Virus record (IMG/VR): IMGVR_UViG_3300005937_000001
Location: 23,425 to 87,424 of that record
Length of the DNA: 64,000 nucleotides
Strand: one strand, 5' to 3'
Source of the DNA: a virus
Taxonomy: Duplodnaviria; Caudoviricetes
The notes beneath the pieces were generated by a model that was not told the origin of the DNA, did not search any database, and saw nothing but the letters and a program-made list of their open reading frames with translations. The translations under genes and the position numbers were made by a program. The first letter of the stretch is position 1. Each line of letters starts with the position of its first letter. Positions 8,273-18,203 of the stretch are shown here, in pieces.

Positions 8273-9640
8273 ATGGCTATCCCCGACATCGAGAATTTTC
8301 CCGATGCGGAGATGCTGGCGGACCCTCCGCGTATCTATCTCGATCGACCTGGCAAGGAGACACTCTACCAAGCGGCGACGGGGCTAGAGAAAGCGCTCGC
8401 TGACAGCGACGCTGAGCGCCTGATCCGCATCTACGCTGAAGCGATCATCGACGTCTGGGACCCGTACCGCATCGCCTTCCGCAATTTGCCGTTCCTGGCT
8501 TGGGCCATGGGCGTCAATATGTGGCAGGACGAATGGCACGAGATTACCAAGCGCACCTGGGTCGCGCGGCAGTGGACGTTCAAGTCGTTGCGTGGCACTG
8601 CCGACGGCACACGCATGGCGATCGATTACATTGGTCGCGACGTCTCGCCGTTCGGCTATCAGGCACTTCACTTCACGGTGCCACCGCAGCGCGTGTACTC
8701 CGGCCCTTCGTTAACGAAGGAAGAGCGCGAAGCCTGGCTGGCAAACATGCCGCAGCTTCGCGTCTGGCGCGTGCAAGAACGCGGTTGGGCTCCGCGGGGC
8801 AAATGTTTCTACGGTGGGTCCAGCAGCGCACGACAGCGCAATTTTAGGTTCTATCTCGGCGGTGTCGATGCCAGGCCTTTCGGTTGCTGCATCACACCTA
8901 CGACCGCGATCGAGCGCCTGCACAGGCGTGCACGCTGGATCGTGCGTGGGGTGGAGACCGACGTCAAAGTAACCGAGTTCGGCTCTTACTGGCGCTTGCA
9001 CTTGCGCGGCCAAGAGGGCAGCTCGGTCTATACCAAGCGACCGTTTCACACGGTACGCCCGAAGCGGTTCTATATTCCAACCACCGCGGCCAAGCGTCTG
9101 ATCACGATCATGGCGCGCGAACGCCTGCCCTGGCGCACGCCCGCGTGGGCAAGTCTCGAACCATTGACGGTGCAGCCGGATCACATCGTCATCAACAGCA
9201 CGCGCAGACGGAGCGTGTTCTGCGACGTGCCGGCGACTGGGCCTTTAGTCCCTAATCCGCTCAGCCAATACTACGTGCCGTCGGATGCGTGGTCGCGCAT
9301 CTACGAGCGCTACTCCATCAACGACGGTTCCACCGAGCTGAACAGTCGGCGCCCCGTGCAATTCATGGGGACTGGACGTTATGGCTTCCCGAAGTACACC
9401 GCGTGGATACGCGTCTCGCTGCGCAGTCTGCGTCCGTGGGCAGTGTTCGGCGGCATTCCGCAAGATCGCTACTTCCAACCGCATGATCCGACGCCAGTGC
9501 AGCGAGCCAAGACCGCAGTGCTGGCCTCGAAGAAGATCGCTGATCGCGTTCTGCTGGAGCTGGGACCGGTGCCGAGCTTCATCGCTGGTCGACCATTCCT
9601 GGCAGGCAAGCAGAGTTTCATCGTCGGCAGATCAATTTGA
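8273..9640 (+). CDS. Baseplate/tail protein I-like
   Basis: LPFLAWAMGV..W...W...KR......KGT-like motif of P2 gpI; follows J. Confidence 0.7.
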   Translation: MAIPDIENFPDAEMLADPPRIYLDRPGKETLYQAATGLEKALADSDAERLIRIYAEAIIDVWDPYRIAFRNLPFLAWAMGVNMWQDEWHEITKRTWVARQWTFKSLRGTADGTRMAIDYIGRDVSPFGYQALHFTVPPQRVYSGPSLTKEEREAWLANMPQLRVWRVQERGWAPRGKCFYGGSSSARQRNFRFYLGGVDARPFGCCITPTTAIERLHRRARWIVRGVETDVKVTEFGSYWRLHLRGQEGSSVYTKRPFHTVRPKRFYIPTTAAKRLITIMARERLPWRTPAWASLEPLTVQPDHIVINSTRRRSVFCDVPATGPLVPNPLSQYYVPSDAWSRIYERYSINDGSTELNSRRPVQFMGTGRYGFPKYTAWIRVSLRSLRPWAVFGGIPQDRYFQPHDPTPVQRAKTAVLASKKIADRVLLELGPVPSFIAGRPFLAGKQSFIVGRSI

Positions 9641-9663
9641 TCGACGATCCATAGGAGCTTCAA

Positions 9664-12003
9664 ATGGAATCGAAAGTGATCTTCCGCGACTATCAGGAGC
9701 AGCAAGCTCAGGATCACAACGATCTGCAGACCTTCACCGAACGGACCTTCGATCACCTCGTGCTCGATGCCGTCACTGCGGAGAGGCGTTACGCAGGGTT
9801 CAACGTTACCAAGACTGGACAGACCGAAATTCAGATTGAGCCTGGCCGTATGTACGACGTGCTGGGCGTGATCTACGCAATTAACACCACGACCGTGCAG
9901 TCGATGGTGTCGTATCTGGCGCCGGCATACTACCGCTACATTCTGCTTACCGCGGTCGGCAACGATGTCGAGACCGACATCGAGGAACGCGACTATCTGA
10001 TCGACGTCACCTCGGGTGCAACTGAGCCACGCGCGGTCGCCACCACGCGCGCTCGCGTGGCCGTGCTCACGTTTATCAGCGGCACGCCGAGCGGTGATCC
10101 GATCAAGCCTGCAGTACCAGTAGGACACGTTGCCGTCGCCTACATTCTCGTCGATCCCACGCAAGTGGTTTCGATCGAGATGGTGGAGAACAACAAGGTC
10201 ACCTCCACCGACAGCCTCGATCTGCGCACCGATGCGCTGGAATTGTTTGCCGAGATTATCGGCCCCAAGGTGGCGGCGCTCGCTGCCGACCTGGCAGACC
10301 TACGCAACCGGCTCAACCAGATGGGCAACCAGCGCCTGCTGATGGCGGTAGCGCAGGACGTTGCACGCGTGAAAGCCTCGCTGCGCTACAACGTGACTGG
10401 AGCGATTGATTACAGCACTGAGTGGTTCCTCGACGATATCTACAGCGACACCCAAGATACGCACATGCAGGGCTACGACTGCATGATCGATGAGGGGTTG
10501 CGTTTCGGCTATGACAACATGGACGAGTGGGAAATCAAGCTGTTCAGCGCCAACGACGCGAACGCAGCTTATTCCAACGGTCTGCTGCTGCCGAAGTACG
10601 AAGAAGTGCTGCGCATGGCGACTACGACGTCCACATCGCCTGATCTCACGCTCGGGATCGCGCAGTATGGCTACCAAGACATCGAGATGAAGCAGGGCTT
10701 TATGAGCCGCACGCGCTTGCGCTACGGCGACTCGTTCTGGGTCTGCTCGAACTCGCTGCAGTGGGACTACAATGATGTTTGGGGCTCGACCAATCGCCTG
10801 GTCAATGCCTACGGCATGAACCCGATCGCTCCACTCTATGATGAGAACACCGGTGTGACGTCGACGCGCATGACGATGATCGGTGCGCAAATTTACGGCG
10901 CCGGTCTCACCATCAATCACGAGCTGTCACGCTACGACCACTACTGGCTCGACACGTGGAACGAGCCATTCATGTACGCCATCACGGTCGACCACGAGAT
11001 TAGGGGCGCGTTCGTCGCCCAGACATTCTTAGTGGCCAACGATATCTGGGCCACGTCGCTGCACTTCTATGTCAGCGCCAAAGGCGCCAACGAGAACATT
11101 CACGTCGCGCTTACCGAGCTGCACGCCGGCGTGCCGGACCCTGAAAAGACGATGGTCAAGGTTGTCCACCCCGAGGCCAGCATCGTGGTTGGCTGGAACA
11201 AGGTGATGATCCCACCGACGTTCATGCGCAAGGGCGCGAAGTACGCGATGTGCTTGATCAGCAACGCTAACCATCAGGTCGGCATGGTGTCTGGTCAGAA
11301 GTATCTTGACGGCACCTTCTTCTACTCGACTGACGGCGTGTATTATCAAGGCGATCTGACTAAAGACTTGATGATGCAGGTTTGGGGCGCCTACTTCAAT
11401 AATTCGCAGGTCGTCATCGAGTTCGAGCCCATCAACCTTGATGGCGGTTTCCGCAATATCGATCTTCTCGCTGAAATGTGGGTGCCGTCGTCAGCAAAGA
11501 TCATTTTCGAGATGAAGCCCAACGGTGTTGGCGAGTGGCAGCCGCTACTGCAAGACAACACCGACGTGCTCTCGATTGCACCGACGATGGCTTACTTCCG
11601 TGCTCGCTTCGATGGTAGCCGCGACATGCATGGTGCGATCAGGCTCACCGGTTCGCGCATGCGAGCGTGGCGCCCAAAGACGCACCTCACGCACACATCC
11701 AACGGGATTGTGCTGGCATCTAACTGCGGAACAGTCCTGGTCACTTGTGTGCTGGAGCATTTCGATGAAATCCCGCACGATCACACGTGCAAGCTTTTGA
11801 CTGGACCGACCTACACGACCATCGAAGACCCCGATGCAACGGTGACCAAGCTCACTGACGCATTGGCTGGACGATGGGAGCGCGTCTATACGTTCAATAT
11901 GTCGCCGGCGATCTCGCAATTCTTGGTGCTGCAAACCGGCGCCACTAATTCCGCGCAGAATACGTTCCACGTCGCGGAGCGAACATTCTTAGGTCTACCG
12001 TAG
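9664..12003 (+). CDS. Large baseplate/tail-fibre-proximal structural protein
   Basis: 779 aa with SD AGGAG; follows gpI; coiled-coil segment then beta-rich domains. Confidence 0.6.
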   Translation: MESKVIFRDYQEQQAQDHNDLQTFTERTFDHLVLDAVTAERRYAGFNVTKTGQTEIQIEPGRMYDVLGVIYAINTTTVQSMVSYLAPAYYRYILLTAVGNDVETDIEERDYLIDVTSGATEPRAVATTRARVAVLTFISGTPSGDPIKPAVPVGHVAVAYILVDPTQVVSIEMVENNKVTSTDSLDLRTDALELFAEIIGPKVAALAADLADLRNRLNQMGNQRLLMAVAQDVARVKASLRYNVTGAIDYSTEWFLDDIYSDTQDTHMQGYDCMIDEGLRFGYDNMDEWEIKLFSANDANAAYSNGLLLPKYEEVLRMATTTSTSPDLTLGIAQYGYQDIEMKQGFMSRTRLRYGDSFWVCSNSLQWDYNDVWGSTNRLVNAYGMNPIAPLYDENTGVTSTRMTMIGAQIYGAGLTINHELSRYDHYWLDTWNEPFMYAITVDHEIRGAFVAQTFLVANDIWATSLHFYVSAKGANENIHVALTELHAGVPDPEKTMVKVVHPEASIVVGWNKVMIPPTFMRKGAKYAMCLISNANHQVGMVSGQKYLDGTFFYSTDGVYYQGDLTKDLMMQVWGAYFNNSQVVIEFEPINLDGGFRNIDLLAEMWVPSSAKIIFEMKPNGVGEWQPLLQDNTDVLSIAPTMAYFRARFDGSRDMHGAIRLTGSRMRAWRPKTHLTHTSNGIVLASNCGTVLVTCVLEHFDEIPHDHTCKLLTGPTYTTIEDPDATVTKLTDALAGRWERVYTFNMSPAISQFLVLQTGATNSAQNTFHVAERTFLGLP

Positions 12004-12010
12004 GAGATGA

Positions 12011-12244
12011 ATGATGGCAGTCGATCTAGGCACTTTGTCTGACGACGTTCAGTATCGCGTAAAACTCAGCAAGCCCGTCGTGATCGGACAGCTGACATTG
12101 TCACCCACCACACTGAACACCGTGAAAGGCAGAGTGCTGAAAGGTTTCCCAGCTGACTCGGTAGAAGCGGTGGAAGAACTACGCGCAGGAGATGCCGGTG
12201 GCGCAGCGTTTCGAGCAACAATACAGAACCAAGAGGCTAGATAA
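12011..12244 (+). CDS. Small hypothetical tail protein
   Basis: 77-aa ORF packed between structural genes, with an SD. Confidence 0.5.
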   Translation: MMAVDLGTLSDDVQYRVKLSKPVVIGQLTLSPTTLNTVKGRVLKGFPADSVEAVEELRAGDAGGAAFRATIQNQEAR

Positions 12245-14051
12245 TCTTGGTGATCCTGAGTTTCATAACCGGCGCTGGGCGGATATCGACCGGCGCATGG
12301 ATGCGCGTGAGAACGACGCAACCAAGATCGACAATGCAGTTGACTCTCTCAAGACCGTAGCGCTTTCCCGCCTCAACGACGATCTGACACCGATCATTCA
12401 ACAGGCGATTGATCGACTGGTTCAGTTCGGTTTGCTGTTCAGCGCGCATTCACACACTGAGCGCACGATCGAACTAGGCAATATGCAGTTCTTGATCGAC
12501 GAGGGCGAGCGTGAAGGGTTCGTTGCCACGGGGTTTCTGATCATTCGGCCGGTGGCCAACCTTGCCATCGGCATGACTGCGCGCACGCTAGATTATGTTC
12601 CGCAAACGGGCGTGCTCACGGTCGAGTCCTATACCGCTATCGGTGGCGGTGTTTACGCGGAGTGGTCGATCGGCGTCACCGGCGATCCCGACCTGGCGCA
12701 CTCGACCCGCTCCGATAACCCACACCAAGTCACTGCGGAGCAGGTTGGTGCCTACAGTAAGCAGCAGAGCGATAATCAGTTCACGGCGGAGATAGCGGCA
12801 CGCACCGCTATGATCACCGATGCATTGAACACGCTGGTCGGGGGTGCTCCGAGTACGCTCAACACGTTGGCTGAAATTGCTCAAGCGCTCGGCAACGATG
12901 CCAACTACTCTGGCACGATCGAGACCGCGCTCAGCAACCGCGTTCGCTACGACGACAACCAGACGCTGAGCATTCCGCAGAAGCAGCAAGTCGGTCTCAA
13001 CGTCGGTGGCACCTCTGCGCGCATGCTGTTGCCGATGGATACGGCTGGACGCCTTCCGCGTGTTGATGCTTCCGCGATCGAGTTTGTCTCGCGAGTGCCA
13101 GAGGGACGATTAAATCTCAACACGTGGCAAACTGGAAATCTGAGCAACACGTATTCGCAGGTCATCTACTACAATCCGGTTAATGGCAAGACTGTGCCGG
13201 TTTATGACCCTGCCTACGGTTACTTCCGCGCTCGTCAATTCACGCTCAACGATACCTCTCTGACAGGCTTGTCGTTGAACATGGCCGGCAATGCCGCCTT
13301 TCCAGTTGGTGTCTACGACCTATGGATAGCTGACGTCGGTGGTGCGATCGCTCTTGGCGTAGGTCCATCTTGGCCAGTGAATCACAACTGGTCCGGCGGC
13401 GCGCCGATACGCAACGTGGCGCAAGGTGGAGTGCCCACGCCTTACGCTGGTTTGTTCGTCAACAGCGCACCAATGCCCTTCCGTTACGGTGTGACGAACT
13501 TGATCACTGTCCCAGCCGGACATGCAACGTGGGTCGGCACCTGTTGGGTTTATCCGACTGTTGGCATCGTTCGCATGGATCGCCACAAGGGCGATGAGCC
13601 TGGGCAATATGGCTGCTGTGGTCTTTGGAACAAGTACAACAAGATCAGACAAGCCATCAGTCGCTCCGACACGCTTGGCAGTTACACGCACGCATCGGGC
13701 GGTGCCTGGTCGCCACAGGCCAATCACACTGGTTGTAACGATTACATCTTCTGGGTTACCGGCGAGACTGCTCCATACTCGGCCTATTATCGCCAGATGT
13801 GTTATGCCCACAGCGCCGGCGGCATTGCGTACATCAGCATTGGGTTGAACGGCAATCCAGGTTACAGCACGTACGGCTACGCGCACATTCAGATCGGTGG
13901 CAACTACATGGACATGTATGCGTTCGCTGATCTCTGGAACGTCAATCCAGGCATGAACTATCTGTCAATGTACACTGTGAGCAGCGGCGTCTATTTCCAA
14001 TTTTTCGGCACTCACCCAAACTGTCAAATGACGCTGAATTGGGATTGTTGA
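12192..14051 (+). CDS. Main tail fibre / receptor-binding protein
   Basis: NPHQVTAEQVGAY and LVGGAPSTLNTLAEIAQALGND..Y fibre motifs; aromatic/Asn-rich C-terminal tip. The start could be the GTG at 12198. Confidence 0.75.
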   Translation: MPVAQRFEQQYRTKRLDNLGDPEFHNRRWADIDRRMDARENDATKIDNAVDSLKTVALSRLNDDLTPIIQQAIDRLVQFGLLFSAHSHTERTIELGNMQFLIDEGEREGFVATGFLIIRPVANLAIGMTARTLDYVPQTGVLTVESYTAIGGGVYAEWSIGVTGDPDLAHSTRSDNPHQVTAEQVGAYSKQQSDNQFTAEIAARTAMITDALNTLVGGAPSTLNTLAEIAQALGNDANYSGTIETALSNRVRYDDNQTLSIPQKQQVGLNVGGTSARMLLPMDTAGRLPRVDASAIEFVSRVPEGRLNLNTWQTGNLSNTYSQVIYYNPVNGKTVPVYDPAYGYFRARQFTLNDTSLTGLSLNMAGNAAFPVGVYDLWIADVGGAIALGVGPSWPVNHNWSGGAPIRNVAQGGVPTPYAGLFVNSAPMPFRYGVTNLITVPAGHATWVGTCWVYPTVGIVRMDRHKGDEPGQYGCCGLWNKYNKIRQAISRSDTLGSYTHASGGAWSPQANHTGCNDYIFWVTGETAPYSAYYRQMCYAHSAGGIAYISIGLNGNPGYSTYGYAHIQIGGNYMDMYAFADLWNVNPGMNYLSMYTVSSGVYFQFFGTHPNCQMTLNWDC

Positions 14052-14053
14052 TC

Positions 14054-14320
14054 ATGCCGCATCCGGTCGTTCCAGGTTTCGTTACGCCTTTCGATGCTAC
14101 GCCGCAGGCAACGGGTCTCTTAGGCCGCGGACCAGTCGTGCAGCTTGACGACAAGATACGCACGCTGTTTCCAGTTGTTGTCGCTGTCAGCATCGGCAAC
14201 ATCGACGACAAATCGACCTGGAAACTTTACTTCAAGCCAGAGGCAACGCAGGCCGAAAAAGATGCGGCACAGCAAGGTGTCAACGACCTGGACGTTCAAG
14301 AGGCGTTGAAGCAGCCATGA
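14054..14320 (+). CDS. Putative tail fibre assembly/partner protein
   Basis: Directly after the fibre. L-D-x-x-I-R-x-x-x-P-V-V-x-VSIG...W...AT.A motif typical of small fibre partners. Confidence 0.5.
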   Translation: MPHPVVPGFVTPFDATPQATGLLGRGPVVQLDDKIRTLFPVVVAVSIGNIDDKSTWKLYFKPEATQAEKDAAQQGVNDLDVQEALKQP

Positions 14321-14517
14321 GGATACGGGTCAAGGACACTGAGGTTGAGTATTACTCGCGGGCGAAGCGTGATGGCGCGCTGGTGCGCGTGCAAGGGCAG
14401 ATGTGGCACGTGCAGGGTGTCACCGCTGACTTGGTTTCCAACCCAGACTCAATTCCCCAGTTTAGCGGCTCGCAGGGCGAGCAGCGGCAGTGGTGGGTCG
14501 AATTGATCGAGGCTTAG
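14317..14517 (+). CDS. Hypothetical protein
   Basis: 66 aa, ATGA-coupled to the previous gene. Confidence 0.5.
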   Translation: MRIRVKDTEVEYYSRAKRDGALVRVQGQMWHVQGVTADLVSNPDSIPQFSGSQGEQRQWWVELIEA

Positions 14518-14769
14518 ATGAACCAAATCAAGACCACGCGGTATGAGGTCGAGCTAGAGACCGTCAGCGACGTTGCTGTCACTGCTATTTTTCGTGACGA
14601 CGTGGTAGGCGATTTCTATCGCGACATCGTCTTCTTTGGTGAACCGCCGGAGCCGGTAGAGGGCACAGCAGTAGTCGACACATCGACGATCCCCACGCTG
14701 ATGAGGGTCAGGATCAGAGCGTCCGCTGTCGATTCACTCAAGATCACGGTGCCGCAGGACGAGTTCTAA
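14518..14769 (+). CDS. Hypothetical protein
   Basis: 83 aa, abuts the previous stop. Confidence 0.5.
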   Translation: MNQIKTTRYEVELETVSDVAVTAIFRDDVVGDFYRDIVFFGEPPEPVEGTAVVDTSTIPTLMRVRIRASAVDSLKITVPQDEF

Positions 14770-14781
14770 CAGGAGATCGCC

Positions 14782-15003
14782 ATGCCTTACCCAAACCCTT
14801 CCGTTGCGCCTCGTATCTTGAGCATCTTCACCGCGCGCACTCCACTCGCTACTGTCAGGCAGTACAACTACGTCGGCTACTTCGATGCCACCATGGCGCC
14901 GACCCTTCCGATATTCACCAACGCGCCAGTCTCGAAGCTGCTCGCGCTTCGCACCGGTGTTCGGTTTCCATACGCGATCGTGCCGATGAAATTTAAGGTC
15001 TGA
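14782..15003 (+). CDS. Hypothetical protein
   Basis: 73 aa with SD AGGAG. Confidence 0.55.
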   Translation: MPYPNPSVAPRILSIFTARTPLATVRQYNYVGYFDATMAPTLPIFTNAPVSKLLALRTGVRFPYAIVPMKFKV

Positions 15004-15179
15004 TGGAGGACCTGACCGGCAGCATTCAGCGAGTATGCGACGGTCTCGCTGATGAAGCAGCTAATCGTGTGAGTGCTGATCTCTCTGGTGAGCAGATCGA
15101 TATTCACTCCGTTGTCTATCGTCACGTCAGACAAGTTCTTATCGACTGGTTCCTGGGTGAGTTCATCCCTGGGCGCTGA
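15003..15179 (+). CDS. Small hypothetical protein (58 aa, below track cutoff)
   Basis: TGATG coupling; reads MEDLTGSIQRVCDG...EFIPGR*. Fills the gap before the sheath. Confidence 0.45.
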   Translation: MEDLTGSIQRVCDGLADEAANRVSADLSGEQIDIHSVVYRHVRQVLIDWFLGEFIPGR

Positions 15180-15224
15180 GTCGTTCGCTCTCATCAATCG
15201 CCACTAACGCAAAGGAGCACCGTC

Positions 15225-17135
15225 ATGGCGCGCCCGACTTTTGGCTTGGAATTTTTTCGCGTGGACGATCAACCGCAGCCCGTCGTCGGCGCGAACATGG
15301 ACGTCATTGGCATCGTCGGCCCGTGCTCCACAGCAGACGAGGAGGCATTCCCACTCAACACTCCCGTCTACATGTATTCCAACGATCTCCCCACCCTCGC
15401 CAAGCTCGGTGATGGCAGTGGGTACTTCGACGGGTACATCGCCGACGCCATCAACGGCATCAACGCCCAGCTCGCCGATTTCCAAATCGCCGCGCAGCTG
15501 ATCATCGTGCGAACCGAATACGGCACGCACGCCGACGCCAATCTCAAGCTGCAGCAGACTATCGCCAACATCATGGGGCAGTCGGTGATGGGCAACGGCA
15601 TCTGGGCCCTGCTCAAGGCGCCGAACAAGCTCTACTGCACCCCGCGCATCATTATTTGCCCTGGCTACACCGGTCAGATGGCGAACTCGCTCAATACGCT
15701 CAAGACCAGCACTGTTGGCCGCGGCTACATCCCGTGGGGTGAGTACACCGTCAGCTTCGGGCCTGGTGTCGCCGAGACCAATGGCGCGAACCTGGTCATG
15801 CCCACCGCGCACGTCGTAGCCAACGCTGAGGGCGAAATCCACGACGACGACATCTACATCGATGGTTGGGGTGCCTGGCTCACCGATGCTCCGACCGCCA
15901 CCATCACGCCACCGGACGGCCCCCCGATTGACGCTCTCGCGGCTAGTGGCCAGATCATCTTTTCGCGTGAGCCTGGCATCGGATCGACGATCTCGCTCGG
16001 CGGCACCACGATCACCTTCGTGTCGGGCACGCCGACGGGCAATCAGGTGCAGATCGGCGGCAACCTCGACATTACGCTCACGCGGCTGCTCGACTTTCTG
16101 CAGAACTCACCCGACCCCAACATCGGCGACAACGATTACTCGCTGGTGCAAGGCACGCTGCTGATTGTGCAGAAGGAGACCGGCGCAGCTGGCAACGGCT
16201 ATCAGCTGCGCAGCACGGTCACTGGCTCCTCGCTCTCAGGATCGCACCTCACGGGCGGGCGCGACGCGCAGCCACCGACGCAGGCGGTGCTGGTCGCCAC
16301 CATGGCGCTCGGGGCCAATCCGATCGCCTCGATGCTCGGCGGAGTGCTCGACGGTCTCATTGGCCATGCTATCGTGGAGAGCGCCGGTATCAGCGAGGTC
16401 GCCGATAAGAACTGGCGCACGACGCTCAACCATCCTCGCCTGATCGGCGTGAGCGGCGGCGTCAAGATCATGGACCCGATCACCGGCGACATCATCGTGC
16501 GTCCGATCGCCGGCCGCATCGCCGGCCTCATGGTTGCGCAAGACTTCCGCATCGGCTTCCCCTCGCACTCGTGCGCGAACCGGCCGATCCAGGGCATCGT
16601 CGGTCCTGCACGCTCGATCGAGTTCTCGCTCACCGATGGCGACACCGAAGGGCAGCAAATTCTCGCTGCCAACCTCGGGGTCGTTGTGCGCGGCTTGATC
16701 GGTGTCGAGACCGCCATCAGCTCCGGCGGCTTCGTCTTCATCGGCACCGACAACATGGGCGACGATGAGTTGTGGAGATTTTACAACGTTATGCGCATGC
16801 GCGATTACATCCACCTTTCGCTCATGCCGGCGCTACGCACCTATCTCGGCCGCAGCAACATCACGCGGCAGACGATCAGGAACGTTCTCTCCACGGTCGA
16901 TCACTTCCTCTCGTCACTGGTGGCGATGGGGCAGCTGCTCGGTAAGAAGGTCACTTTCCGCGGCAACCTTAACTCTGCCGAGGAGATCAGGCTCGGGCAT
17001 CTCACCATCGGCTTCCAGGCGGAAGAGCCGACAGTCCTGCGTCGTATCACCACGATGAGCGCGAGGTACAGACCTGCAATTGATCAAATGGTAGCTCAAC
17101 TCGAACAGGAGTTGAACATCGGTGCAGCGGCCTAA
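15225..17135 (+). CDS. Contractile tail sheath protein with inserted domain
   Basis: P2 FI-like: P..G.IAGL....D...GF..S..NR.I.GI.G..R.I.F, L....I...F.F.G.DN and F.NV.R.RD.I. SD AAGGAG. Confidence 0.9.
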   Translation: MARPTFGLEFFRVDDQPQPVVGANMDVIGIVGPCSTADEEAFPLNTPVYMYSNDLPTLAKLGDGSGYFDGYIADAINGINAQLADFQIAAQLIIVRTEYGTHADANLKLQQTIANIMGQSVMGNGIWALLKAPNKLYCTPRIIICPGYTGQMANSLNTLKTSTVGRGYIPWGEYTVSFGPGVAETNGANLVMPTAHVVANAEGEIHDDDIYIDGWGAWLTDAPTATITPPDGPPIDALAASGQIIFSREPGIGSTISLGGTTITFVSGTPTGNQVQIGGNLDITLTRLLDFLQNSPDPNIGDNDYSLVQGTLLIVQKETGAAGNGYQLRSTVTGSSLSGSHLTGGRDAQPPTQAVLVATMALGANPIASMLGGVLDGLIGHAIVESAGISEVADKNWRTTLNHPRLIGVSGGVKIMDPITGDIIVRPIAGRIAGLMVAQDFRIGFPSHSCANRPIQGIVGPARSIEFSLTDGDTEGQQILAANLGVVVRGLIGVETAISSGGFVFIGTDNMGDDELWRFYNVMRMRDYIHLSLMPALRTYLGRSNITRQTIRNVLSTVDHFLSSLVAMGQLLGKKVTFRGNLNSAEEIRLGHLTIGFQAEEPTVLRRITTMSARYRPAIDQMVAQLEQELNIGAAA

Positions 17136-17641
17136 CGCGAACGTGGGCGACGATTGTTAGCCTGTTGCTTCTTCGTCGCCCACCTCACGTTGCCTGGACG
17201 ATAGTCACCGTTCTTGTCTGGGTAGCGATCAAGTGAATGCTGCGGCGATGGGCGCCGGCCTATGTGGTCACGAAAGGCTGCAAAGTTTCGTCGCCACTTC
17301 GCGCTAACTTTGACACCAATCGCGCCATAAAACTTGAAGCTCTCGGTGTTGGGATTGTAGCAACGCCTAATCATCTCGCACCAAGCACTGTACTCAGGTG
17401 TTTGGCGCCGTCTCAACTTGCCGCCGTGCTTAGTTTTGATCTTGCGCCCCACTTCTACACGAAGGTGTCCGCAGGACTTGGTGATGCCTCGTCGGAGGTT
17501 GGTGCCGATGACGGTCGTGCGCTTGCCGCAACTGCAGCGGCATTCCCAGATCGCAAAGCCGCAAGTCTGAGAGCTGCCGGCGTGGCGGAGGACGGTCAGT
17601 TTGCCGAAGCGTCGGCCCGTGAGGTCGATCATCTGTGTCAT
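17132..17641 (-). CDS. HNH-type homing endonuclease-like protein
   Basis: IDLTGRRFGKLTV...WECRCSCG...L..G.TKSCG, Y..W..M..RC.N...Y...G, SLDR....GDY.PGNVRWAT...Q.NN. Antisense to the late operon. Confidence 0.75.
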   Translation of the reverse strand: MTQMIDLTGRRFGKLTVLRHAGSSQTCGFAIWECRCSCGKRTTVIGTNLRRGITKSCGHLRVEVGRKIKTKHGGKLRRRQTPEYSAWCEMIRRCYNPNTESFKFYGAIGVKVSAKWRRNFAAFRDHIGRRPSPQHSLDRYPDKNGDYRPGNVRWATKKQQANNRRPRSR

Positions 17642-17677
17642 GGGTTCAGATAGTACCATATGAATAGGTGACGACAA

Positions 17678-18190
17678 GTGCCCAACCATCCGTTAGTTCT
17701 CGACTACGCAAATCTCTATTGCGGCTCAGCTCCGAACGACGAGACGAAGAGCAATCATCTCGTTCTGACGGAGCTGACTTTACCGACGCTTGAAATCCAA
17801 TACGTCGATCACCGTGCCGGCGGCGCGCCGGTGGCGGTCGAGATCGACGTTGTCATGACGCGGATGGAGCTGTCATTCGAGATTGTCGGCATCACACCGC
17901 AGATCATGGCGCTGCTGCGCAATCTCGAGTCAAGCAAGCACGACTTCTTCGCCTACGGAAATTTGCGCGACTACATGAGCGGCGACGCGATGCAGCTCGA
18001 AGCGATCTTCCGCGGGCAGCTCGCGCGCGTGGAGCCGCGCCCGATCAGGCGCGGCAACGTCTTTCACATGAAATATCAAGTGCGCGGGCTCATGCGCTAC
18101 GAGCTGTACATCGGTGACGACAACGTTCCGATCTATCGCTGGGACTTTTTCAACAACGAGTTTGAGTCCGGCGACATCATTGGCACATAA
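17678..18190 (+). CDS. Tail tube protein 1 (P2 FII-like)
   Basis: GTG start; LP.L......HRAGG.PV.VEID...ME.SF motif. Confidence 0.8.
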   Translation: MPNHPLVLDYANLYCGSAPNDETKSNHLVLTELTLPTLEIQYVDHRAGGAPVAVEIDVVMTRMELSFEIVGITPQIMALLRNLESSKHDFFAYGNLRDYMSGDAMQLEAIFRGQLARVEPRPIRRGNVFHMKYQVRGLMRYELYIGDDNVPIYRWDFFNNEFESGDIIGT

Positions 18191-18203
18191 GGGAGCATGA
18201 CCC

